Shown here one piece after another: positions 42,818-52,600 of a stretch of 64,000 bases of DNA. The position numbers and the translations under genes were made by a program. Position 1 is the stretch's first letter; each line of letters starts with the position of its first letter. The stretch is from assembly GCA_000002435.2 (NCBI GenBank), contig CM018792.1. The stretch is one strand, 5' to 3'. A model generated the notes under the pieces. That model ran no database searches. It saw only the letters and a program-made list of their open reading frames with translations, and had not been told where the DNA came from. Source of the stretch: Giardia intestinalis (taxonomy: Eukaryota).

Positions 42818-44887
42818 TCACGCCTTCCCCCTGCACACGAACCACCAGCAGAGGAAGCCCACGAGGCCCCCCACGACAGCGACCACAGCCACGGAGATCC
42901 CCGCGATGGCCCCCGCGGAGAGCCCGCTCCTGTTGGCGCCAGAGGACACACACTTACCATTGTCTAGACTGAAGCCACTGTTGCACTCCCCACATATATT
43001 ATCCATCACACAGCTCTTACAACCACCCACAGAGCACAGGACACACCCACTGCCGTCCCTGTTGGGCTTCTTACTACTGTCACAGGAGGTACAGACAGCG
43101 GGGGCCATACCACCATCAGACAGAGCTGCTGGGGCTGTACACTGGGAGCAGCCCTCTACTCCCACATATGCCTTAGCAGTATCACCAGTGCCTGTCAGTG
43201 TGCCTAGGGGGTTGCTACAAGCCAACACAGACTGATCAGTGTTGGATGCACCAGGCACTACGAAGTACCTATTGTTGGCTGCTTCTGTGCAGATCCCAGT
43301 ATTACCTGCTGTCTTGCACATGAAGCTACCAGGAGCCTTCTGAGTGCTATAACAGCCACCCATGTATAGGAAGTAGTTGTTGGTGCACTGTGTACATACA
43401 CCATTAGCACAAGTATTCCCAGCCTTTTGAGCCTCACTAGCACAGAGACCATCTATAGGAGCTTGTGAACTATCTCCACAATAGGAACAGTAGTGCTTTG
43501 TGGTGCCCTGATCATCTATTACGATGGCATCACAAGAGCCAGCTGTCCCCCCACAAGCCGTGGGGTCCTCGCAGGTCTTCTCTGTGCATGTATAGTTGTC
43601 TGAGGTTCCAGCGGGCTTCCTGTTAGGCTTGCACTTTGTGCACTTGAGAGGTCCTGTAGACTCCTTTGTGCACTCGGCACACCCATCGATGCCCCCCTGT
43701 GCATTATCACAAGCAACGCACTCACCAGTAGGACCATTGCCTTTCATGAAGAATCCAGGCTTGCATTTAGTGCACTTATCATTGCCAGCTTGAGTGCAGG
43801 TGGCACAGTTGGCACCACAGGCTTCACATGTAACCGTACCACCATTTCCACTATTGTAATATCCGTCGAGGCACTCCGAGCAGGTCGGCTTGGCTCCGTT
43901 CTTCTTACATGTTTTACACCCAGGCGTCCCTTTATTAGCTTCTAAACTTTCACTATCATCACTACACAATATGCACTTGGTGCTACCATCATTTAGAAAG
44001 TGGGATCCGTCAACGTTACTTGTTGCGCACCCATTTGCATCGACACAGGTTGTCGTGCCATCGATGGCCGTCTTCACCATCTTCTGACCACCGCAGTTAG
44101 TGCACTTCGGCTTCTTGGTAGTCGAATCAACCTCACACTGGGTACATGCTTGATCTATCGTGTTGCAAGGAAGGCACTTCCCCGACTCCGGGTCAGCATA
44201 AGTGTTTCCAGTGCATCCATTATTATTCACGCATGACTTGTCACCCTTCAAGTACTTCCCCTCTGGACACGATGTGCACTGGGCCGCCGATGTCTCACAG
44301 GTCAGACAAGTACCATCACACTTGCTACATGCCTGAAAGTCCTTGTAGTACCCTGCTTGACAGGCAGTACACGTGGCTGCCCCCTTATTACTGTCTGACT
44401 TGGTACACTGTGCGCAGTTAGCCACCCCCGTATATCCATCTGCTCCATTGATATCGGAGCACAGTATGCACTCACTACCCTTCTCTGGTGTTGCAGCAGG
44501 GTTCTTGAACAGGCCGTTAGCTGTCTTACACTCAGTGCACAGTCCTCCCTCAGCCTTTGTGCATATCTCGCTGCCGGGCCCGTCGGTTGTCTTGTAGCAC
44601 CCGCCCATGAAGAGGAAGTACCCGTCGCCGCACTTCTCGCAGGTTGCTGTCATCTTGTCAAGGGCAGCCCCGCCCGCTTTGGTGCACCCGGCTGCCGCGG
44701 CCTGGGGGGAGCCGAAGGGTCGGCAGAAGCCGTCGACCGGGACGCCCCCGGTCTTGCACTCGGTGCAGATCTCGGCTGACCCGACCGTCTCGCACTTGCC
44801 GGTCTGGCAGGTCGCGGCGTGGTCTCCGTCTGGCTGGCAGGCCGCCATGAGCGCGCTCGCTACGAACAGGGGTATCAGTTGGAACAT
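42818..44887 (-). CDS. Complete variant-specific surface protein (VSP) gene: signal peptide, unique N-terminal ~180 aa, mosaic Cys-rich body, TM, CRGKA
   Basis: ATG at 44885-44887 (minus strand) gives MFQLIPLFVASALMAACQPDGDHAATCQ.... This is 690 aa to CRGKA, with stop at 42818. The ORF-track extension to 45076 (752 aa) is GC-rich stop-free flank with no start or signal context. It is the only unit in the array with a signal peptide and a body upstream of ...SEICTKAEGGLCTEC. Confidence 0.8.
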   Translation of the reverse strand: MFQLIPLFVASALMAACQPDGDHAATCQTGKCETVGSAEICTECKTGGVPVDGFCRPFGSPQAAAAGCTKAGGAALDKMTATCEKCGDGYFLFMGGCYKTTDGPGSEICTKAEGGLCTECKTANGLFKNPAATPEKGSECILCSDINGADGYTGVANCAQCTKSDSNKGAATCTACQAGYYKDFQACSKCDGTCLTCETSAAQCTSCPEGKYLKGDKSCVNNNGCTGNTYADPESGKCLPCNTIDQACTQCEVDSTTKKPKCTNCGGQKMVKTAIDGTTTCVDANGCATSNVDGSHFLNDGSTKCILCSDDSESLEANKGTPGCKTCKKNGAKPTCSECLDGYYNSGNGGTVTCEACGANCATCTQAGNDKCTKCKPGFFMKGNGPTGECVACDNAQGGIDGCAECTKESTGPLKCTKCKPNRKPAGTSDNYTCTEKTCEDPTACGGTAGSCDAIVIDDQGTTKHYCSYCGDSSQAPIDGLCASEAQKAGNTCANGVCTQCTNNYFLYMGGCYSTQKAPGSFMCKTAGNTGICTEAANNRYFVVPGASNTDQSVLACSNPLGTLTGTGDTAKAYVGVEGCSQCTAPAALSDGGMAPAVCTSCDSSKKPNRDGSGCVLCSVGGCKSCVMDNICGECNSGFSLDNGKCVSSGANRSGLSAGAIAGISVAVVAVVGGLVGFLCWWFVCRGKA

Positions 44888-47675
44888 TAGAGGGTCCCCT
44901 GCTGTGGCCTCTACCCCGTCTGTGGCTACCCAGCACGGCACACGGGGGGAGCGCTGTTCCACCCCTGCCTTGGAGGCCCCTGTCTCGACTCGGCCCACAG
45001 CACCAGAGCGTGGTGGTCTTCCACTCTTGGGCCCCGCACAGCCCGTCTCTGTGCCCAAGCGACTCACCCCAGGCACTCACACGACGGAGACCCCCGCGGC
45101 AGTGCTCCGGCAGGCGGGCTGCGCTGATGTCCGGCCCGGCGCAGAGCCCAGAAGGCTCAGAGGTCATGGCTCCTTGATGACTGCCATGTCGTTCTCCTCG
45201 CTCGGTTGACATGCACCCTGCTAGAAGGCTCCCACTTACTCGAGCTCATGCCCCCCTGTGGTGACTCTGCTCGACCATCAGCGAGGGTCCCGGTCCTCCT
45301 CCCAATAGGCCGGCCTCAGGTCCCCCGTGATCTGCCAGACCGGGCAGAGTGATCGCGGCGCCCGTCAGAGCCTGAGCCGACAGGCCCGCAGTGAAGTGCG
45401 CCTGGATCCACGGAGATCGTTCACTCCCCCAGTGGGCCGCAGCTTCCCCTGCCCTGCTGACAGTCCTCCAGCGAGGGCATGTCGTTGTGGGGCAGTCTTC
45501 TCGTCCTGCCGTGCACACAGGGCCCGACTGGTGACTTTCGGACAGTCCCGATGGTATGCCTGAAGCCCCGCCACGGCAGAGGGGGCAGCACACGGGGCGG
45601 CCCCTACGCTGCTACAGATTGCAATGGCAGCAGAGACCCCCTGCCCGAGAGGCCCGTGCATTGGCTGTGGCGGCCATCCACTCCATGCGGGCCCGGTGCG
45701 GCGCTCCTGGAGAGCCCTTGCCTCTGGTGGTGCTGACAGGGCTCCCGAGGGACCAAGGCGTCAGACGAGGGACGGGCCGAGCAGGACTCCCAGCCCACAT
45801 GCAGATGTCCCTGCCGTGTGCCCGGTCCTGTAGAGACCCGAGCCGCTGGAGGTGTCCCTCGGCATCCGGCCCCCTGCTGTGCCAGTCGGTGCAGGGGAGC
45901 AGCGTACAGGGCCCTCATGGGCAGTCTCCTCTCACAGACAGGGCACCAGGGGTCTCAGCAACCGACCGGCCGATGCAAGGGACAGGCTCTCCTGCCACGA
46001 CGGCGCTCTGCTGCTAGGAGGGTCTGGCGGACAAGCTATCAGCACACGCACTCTCCTGGGCCGCCTCGGGGCACTCCAGCGTGGCCAGCGGCTTGCGGAT
46101 CAGTCTGGTGTCCCGGAGCGTGTGAGGAAGATGAGGGGTTTACTCTGGGCTGCCGTCTTGTCGAGGGCAGTCCCGTGCATGAAGCTCTGAACTCATGTGA
46201 TGCCGGTCCAGAGGCACCTCTGACGAGAGCATTAACAAGAGAAGCGTTGAGTAGTCAATGGTCCATCCTGTAAGCAAGCTGCTAGGTGCGAAGGCATTGA
46301 ATCTGTGTGCGGTCGCATGGCCACACATCACGACCCACAACGTCATAGCGCACCGCATAGCTGGCACACCCCAAGGGTGTATGGAGACAGTAGACCAGTA
46401 GTTTAATGGATCAAGGCAGAGACTGTGCCACAAAGCGTGGAAAGACGGGTTCCACAGAAGCTGGTAAGCTACGATCACCAGTCTTCTATAATAGTGAGTG
46501 ATGTCAACAATCTCTTCCCGAAGGAGCTTACAGATCTATCTCTAATCAGCTAACTGGGGGATAAAGAAAAACAACTAGGGTCTACCGTGAGGCACCCTGC
46601 CACAGTTGATCATGGCAGCCACCGATGAATGCACTCCATTCCACAGAATAATAGACACCCGGAGTCCTTTCAATCTGATCGAGTCTAAGTCCACAGCAGA
46701 CCGCCCGGCCCGAGAGCCTACTGTTGCTGGGCGAGGGGCGTCAGTGGACCGTAGCCTTCCATAGACTGGGATAGGTGACCAGTGTCGGGGCTCGTCAACC
46801 ATGATGAATCGGCTGTGATCGGGTATTTCCCTGCCGCATAACTGGGACATGCAGAACAGCTCTGGGCAGAGCGAGAAATTGACTGGAGTGGCGGGGCTGA
46901 ATCCCTCGATTGATGCCAATCTCTGACTACGATATCGGGCGACTCATCGATCTTTTTAGCGATACTAGCCGAGAGTTACAGCTGTCTTTACTTAAGCTAT
47001 CTTTGCGCTTCACTATGCTGATGTTGCTTGTTGTACAGTAAGTCTGTGCTTGCTTAATCTAGATGCCTTTGCACAATAATACCGTAGATGCGCTTAACGA
47101 TTACCCATCAATGCAACTTTTTGCTGAGCTGATTGCATATTATAAAAGTCAATTGTGTCTAAGAAGCTAGCGCCTCAGTAAACCAAAGGAAGGCATATAC
47201 GATGTTAAAAAGTGCCTCTCTAACGTACAATTGACACCTTAATATTCTTCTGATTGTCAATGGCTATAAAGTGAATCTCGTCCGTAGTAAATTCTTAGAG
47301 GAGTTCACAGCTTCTTTGTTATAGCGGACTTGCACACAAATGCACCTCACTTGATGGTCAACACATTTCAATCAGATCAATCAAAAAAATTATTACAATT
47401 CTAGCCAAGTAAAAATCCAATCTTGAGTAAAGATTGAGTTCGATGGCGGCGTGGCAGTCTACATTATAACATCCCTAGGATTTACTGCTGAAAATTGCTG
47501 AGCAATGGCCAATGTGGATACAATTAGATCGTATTAAATAATTGCAATCACTTTAACTGTACATCGCTTGGGGCAGTAAGCAGTTCAGCAGTGCTGGTTT
47601 AGCTTTAGCAAACAAATAAGGTTTGGAAAGACGGTGACTTTATTTTGAATCGATGTTTTTAATAACTTTTATCCT

Positions 47676-48494
47676 ATGAGCGGGTACTGGACTGGAACTA
47701 CAAAGATACTGCTTCTGGTGGGGATTCCATGCATTATTACCACATATACGATAGCCGTTGTTCCACGCAGTCTCATTGGCGTTATTAACGTACTAAACTT
47801 GGAATATAGCTTCAGTTGGAAACTACACTTTTTCTATGAGTTTAGAGCATGGTTTGGAACAGTTATAGTGCTCTCTATTTTAGTTCTTTACTTCTTTGTG
47901 TCCCATTTGATGCTATGTTGCAGCTGCAGTAAAACTCGGAATGTGGTTGTCTATTGCTATCTAGCGTCAATTGGAACTGGGTATTGTGCAATTGTAGATC
48001 TATTTTCCTGCATAGTTACGCCATTTGTTAACCTCGAATCTGCCTATATTTCTTTATTACTCATAGGAGATCTATCCAAATACGCCACATTGAGTGTCGG
48101 GATTGCCTGGCTCTTTACTGTCACTGCAGGAGTACTTCTCCTAAATACCGAGTCAGCTTGCTTGCGAGCCCTTACGCCGACCATTGGCTCACTAATTTCA
48201 TTTGGACTTCCTTTATTCATCGTATTGATAAATGGTGTCGGGCACTACAATGTGTATACAACTCCACATTATATTATAGCCAGCTTTGTTCTAGCATTTC
48301 TAAGTCTGGTCTGCTATTTGCTCGCATATTTTGTGGAATTTCAAAAGACAAAGATTCTGAACAAGTATGATGTATTTGGTGGTCCTTCCACTTCGTTTGG
48401 GAGAACCCCGGCCTCCTCTACTACGATGCTAAGCACTGCCCACGATTCATCTACGTATCGAGGCTACTCAAATGATGCCTATTTGTATGCTTAG
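47676..48494 (+). CDS. Hypothetical polytopic membrane protein (about 6-7 predicted TM helices)
   Basis: 272-aa ORF with multiple ~20-aa hydrophobic stretches (LLLVGIPCIITTYTIAVV, FGTVIVLSILVLYFFV, YCYLASIGTGYCAIVDLF, ...). No recognised family. Confidence 0.5.
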   Translation: MSGYWTGTTKILLLVGIPCIITTYTIAVVPRSLIGVINVLNLEYSFSWKLHFFYEFRAWFGTVIVLSILVLYFFVSHLMLCCSCSKTRNVVVYCYLASIGTGYCAIVDLFSCIVTPFVNLESAYISLLLIGDLSKYATLSVGIAWLFTVTAGVLLLNTESACLRALTPTIGSLISFGLPLFIVLINGVGHYNVYTTPHYIIASFVLAFLSLVCYLLAYFVEFQKTKILNKYDVFGGPSTSFGRTPASSTTMLSTAHDSSTYRGYSNDAYLYA

Positions 48495-48747
48495 TGTTTT
48501 ATTGGGCCAATGCCACTATGCAATCTACTCTGCTACTGATGTGATATCGGAATACAGATCCTGCAAACGCTCATAATGCACAGTACTGAGTGTTAGTAAA
48601 TTTTGTTCATCAGATCACGAAGAAGCAAGATCTTGTCGTAGAAAAGATGCTAGTATGCAGGTCTGCTAAATGAATAGCAGAATAGCAGGTTCATTGGACG
48701 CCTTCTCACAAGTAGACATCTGTCCGCCGGCAAAAAATTGAGATTTC

Positions 48748-49668
48748 ATGCAGGTTCAGCAGAACCCAGAATTCCTCGGCTCGCAGCAAGTTACCGAAAG
48801 AACTCAGAGCCTCTTTCGCCCAGTTAATTCGATGAGTGATCCGCGTGTGGCGAAGGGCAGCACATGGGCTCGGGAAGCAGGCGGATCCAACTATGGCCGC
48901 TCCCTGGGGCTGACGAATACCAGGACTCGTGCACTTCAAAACGCTGCACGAACGGGTGTTAGCGACCTAATGAGCATGGTTCCAGAGAGACCGTCGCTGC
49001 CATCAATTCCTGTCCAAACTGCTCCCTACCTTGAGGCGTATCCAGATAAAATCGAAGAGGCTGGCGCCTGCACCCAGACAGACCCTATGCTTGAAATCAA
49101 GGAACCTGCCCCCTACGTTCCGCCGCCCCAGGGTATCGATGTGTCTACACAGATAGAAGAGGGCGATCTCTTTGACTTTGATAGAGAGGTTCAGCCGATC
49201 CTGGATGTGCTAGTCGGCTCTGTGCTGCAGCAAGCTCTCAGGGAATTTTCAGACGAAGAAGAGTTGCGATTGATTCGCATAGCCAGAGACAAGGTGCGGC
49301 AGCGCCGTGCTGCAGAGCTTCAGGAAGTCCGTCGCTTAGAGGAGGCAGAGCGTCGCAGAAGAGCCGAGATTGTCAAGCGCCAGGTTGAAGACCTCAGGAG
49401 AAAGGAGCTTGAGGAGGCCGTTGCCCGCAAGATGGCTGCCCAAACATTTGCCACAGCATATGCTGCTGAGTTGGAAAAGGATGCTGTGGACTCAATTGAA
49501 ACACGTGGCGGATTTATTTCGCCATTGGAGGCAGCAGTGACCGGCAGCTTCGTTCCGTACATCGTCTCTACCTCTATTACAAAAGCGAAGGCTAGGGGCC
49601 GCATTCATTCTATCTTGCGCTGCATCATAGAAGAGGCAGTCAGGACAGGACTCTCCATGGAAAGTTAA
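48748..49668 (+). CDS. RSP3: Radial spoke protein 3 (RSP3) homologue, flagellar axoneme
   Basis: Conserved RSP3 core ...PPQGIDVSTQIEEGDLFDFDREVQPILDVLVGSVLQQALREF.EEEEL..., followed by a charged coiled coil (RRLEEAERRRRAEIVKRQVEDLRRKELEE). It closely matches the Chlamydomonas RSP3 signature QIENGDLFDFDFEVEPILEVLVGK. Confidence 0.7.
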   Translation: MQVQQNPEFLGSQQVTERTQSLFRPVNSMSDPRVAKGSTWAREAGGSNYGRSLGLTNTRTRALQNAARTGVSDLMSMVPERPSLPSIPVQTAPYLEAYPDKIEEAGACTQTDPMLEIKEPAPYVPPPQGIDVSTQIEEGDLFDFDREVQPILDVLVGSVLQQALREFSDEEELRLIRIARDKVRQRRAAELQEVRRLEEAERRRRAEIVKRQVEDLRRKELEEAVARKMAAQTFATAYAAELEKDAVDSIETRGGFISPLEAAVTGSFVPYIVSTSITKAKARGRIHSILRCIIEEAVRTGLSMES

Positions 49669-49694
49669 TAACCGGCTAATAAACTATTATATTC

Positions 49695-52600
49695 TCAGCT
49701 TTTACTAGGTGACATTTCGTCCTGCATCATGGCTGTTATTATAAGGTTTGAGCTCTCTGTGAATTCCGTCCCTGGTGGCTGAGATCCTACAAAGGGTATC
49801 ACGTCACTCTTCTGGTCTGTGTTCACCATAGCAGAAAACCCGTCTACGGCCAGCACAGGCATGGGACAATCTGGAGCTGGTAACGTACTTTGAGCTAGTT
49901 GGGGAGCAGGACCTGACAACTCCGTTTCTGTCTGAAAATCGTTCAGACCCAGCGAAACGGCGGGGCGCTGAGAAGAGTCTGGATCAGTAGATATGCAATT
50001 AGCAGGCTTTGGTGCCTGATCAATAGACTTTGCTGCAGGCATGTCATCAGGAACTACCTGAGAATTATACCGCTTTTGCGATCTTTGGCCACCGCCAGAG
50101 ACAACTACATGGTGTTCTAAAAGCTCTTTATCCTTTAAGTAGTTCTTTGAGGCGTCGTCACTGAGGTCACTAGTTTCTTCAGTCAGCTCATTGCATCCAG
50201 AAAGGTTTGCGCCGTCCACATACTGCTCTAGCTCTGTCAAGAAAGCATCAGACTTAGCGAGCACCAGTGGTGATTCTTGGCAGGCGACAGACTCTAACGC
50301 ACAGACGACCTCGTCTAGCTTTTTCTGATATCCTGAGAGGACAGCCTCGAATTGCAAAGATTCGTTAAGTGAAGCAGTGGACTTAAACATGCGCGGCAAG
50401 TGTCTAATAAGATTCTTCTGCAAGATCTCATCCGTCCTTTTGGGATGAATTTGTATTCTCTGCAGTTTGGGAGCACTGTATCCCCCAGCTTGCTCTATAT
50501 CAATAACTGATAAAACCCCGCTCTTGAAAAGGGGATCATCCCGATAAGTAGTGCTTATCTGTAAATGCTCCCGTAGTGCTAAGCTATAGAGGCGTCTATG
50601 AGTGGTCTGTGTCACCGCCCGTAATCGTATCTGCTCATTGTAGTACTTTTTCACTCTACTTTCAAGAGCAAGAAGTCTCTTATAATTCTCCTCATCAAAA
50701 AATGGCAACTCAGCGATCCTTTTCCTCGTTGCAGCCAGTTTTGTAAAGAATTGATGCGTTGATGTTGAGAGTTCGCCGACAGAATCAAAGACGCTATCAA
50801 CAGACTCATTTGCACTTGCTTCTGGATAAAGTGTTTCTGTCGGGCCACTCGTGATCATCGCTCTATCTACATGGGTGTGTGGTGATGTATACCCAATCTC
50901 ATTGACTGTGTCTAATCCCCCTAAACTTGTCGAGTTAATATGTAAGTCATCAACTGGTAGTCGTGTGTCTGGCTCAGGACCCTCCGTCCCCGGACTGGTC
51001 TGCCTTGCTGCCTGGATAAATGCGGCCCGAGCCTTTTGCTGAGCCTGTAGTACCTCTGATTGTACTAGGTTTAAATGTGGATAGGATATTCTGGGTTTCT
51101 CTTTCATATTGCTCAAAAATCTGAGAACATCGGCGTGCTGCAAACGCTCATAGTTAGTGGACCTTAGGCGCATCGGCATAGACCCATTAGAAGCATAGTT
51201 CTTGACTAGATCTGCTTCTACAGTCAGGTTTGCTTGTCTTAATGTGTGCTCTTCCATATTCTTCCCCAAAAGGTATGACGGCTGCACTTGAAGCACTTTG
51301 GATTTTTCTATTTGAGGCAGTTGTATTTTGTTTAGATCATATTGAGTTATGTCTGAACCAGCTACTATTGAGCCATTGGGCTCTTCTGGTGAATACTTAA
51401 AATCTGGAGAGATATAAACTCTTGACTTATGATATTGCCCTGCGCAGAATGTTGTGGTTATGTGGCTATTAGATAAGTTGGTAGGAGCTTTGGTACCCCC
51501 AACGGGATGTGCTCCTTGTGGGTAGATGAATCGCGCGCCTGTCTGCACGAGTTTGTCATACAGGTTGGGCTCTTTGTTGACGTTATTCTTATAAATGGAT
51601 TCTGCAATGGATGCATACTCTGCTGTACTATATTTCTGCTGCTTGGAAATAACTGGGCTGCCGGTCACGGCTGAAAGAGCTGATGAAGCAGGTTGTGTAG
51701 TATTGTGAGTAGTGCTCTTTGATTCTACCCTATGACCAAGCGGCATTTGACAAGGGTGTTCATTTTGCCTACTTAGCGATTTTACAGGCGAGTTAGTTAG
51801 TGGGTCTGAAGCTGCTTCGTCTATCACAGAAAGCTTTCCCTTGTTATCATAAGACTTTGTCAGGATAGCCATATTTGCAGTGCATATTGCTTTGTGAAGA
51901 TAATGGTCAACGGGTAGACCGTTGGAAGCAGCCTGTTCTGGTGTCTTGAGGTTTCGAGCGGAACCAGATGCTCCCAAACTGTTCAATGGGCTCGCGTCGT
52001 GTTTGTGTGAATACTGTGAAAAGGAAGCCTGCCAAGCAAAGTCGTCCGCAGAGCCTGTAATTTCATTAACTAGAGCTGAGTGAGTGGATTGGAACTTTTC
52101 ATTAAACTCATCAGGAAGAAATCCGTCTCTAATAAACATCTGGGTCTTCGTGTACTCTCTGAATATATTAGCAGCGATGCTTATTGCAACAATTAGATGT
52201 TTAAATAACCCATCAAACCTAGAGTCATAAGGAATAGTAAGATACCATGATACAGTCGTTTCTGTGAGTACATGAAAATCGTAGAAGCTAAACTGGCATC
52301 CACGGCCAATATCCTCCAGCAGGATTGTGTGCAGGACACGTCTGTATTCCGGAGGTTTTGCCACCATGCTGAACCCGAGGCATAGGCCCAAGAGGGTTGT
52401 GCCATAGAGTTCCGAAAGAAGCTCTGTCACTGGCCCATCGCCATAATAATTCCGTAGAACTTCATAGTATATTGCTGAAAGCTTGAATGTATAGCCCAGA
52501 CAACATGAACGTAGTGCCTGCGAAAGGAATCCAAACAGCGGCCCCCCAGACTTTCTCGTTGGTGATGTAACATGTATTGGAGATAAGGAGTATTGATCGC

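Larger units (their letters stand above)
3444..44887 (-). repeat. Head-to-tail tandem array of 22 VSP units (unit period 1779-1959 bp), with higher-order repeats (e.g. 3763-bp U5U6=U7U8; U16=U21 9322 bp apart)
   Basis: Repeated identical 6-frame ORF patterns. Identical translated units: U2=U5=U7 and U16=U21, with U6~U8. Confidence 0.9.

Noticed and set aside
3444-44887. Regularly spaced repeats with short spacers: CRISPR-like?
   Set aside because: Units are about 1.9 kb protein-coding VSP copies, not 25-40-nt direct repeats. The genome is eukaryotic (Giardia), where CRISPR does not occur.
44888-45076. N-terminal extension of the complete VSP ORF to 752 aa (MPGVSRLGTETGCAGPKSGRPP...)
   Set aside because: GC-rich stop-free flank. 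The extension has no signal peptide, whereas ATG at 44887 yields a textbook VSP signal peptide (MFQLIPLFVASALMAA).
44607-46300. Overlapping 100-200-aa ORFs on both strands in the GC-rich tract (e.g. 44607-45209 +, 44658-45212 -, 45556-46017 +)
   Set aside because: ORFs are open in all six frames simultaneously, which is diagnostic of high GC content rather than coding. Translations are low-complexity Arg/Pro/Gly/Ala with no motifs. Also compared mentally with Giardia SSU rDNA; no match.
46575-46919. 114-aa minus-strand ORF in the AT-rich gap
   Set aside because: No start context, no motifs. Lies in a compositionally heterogeneous non-coding stretch. Likely spurious.
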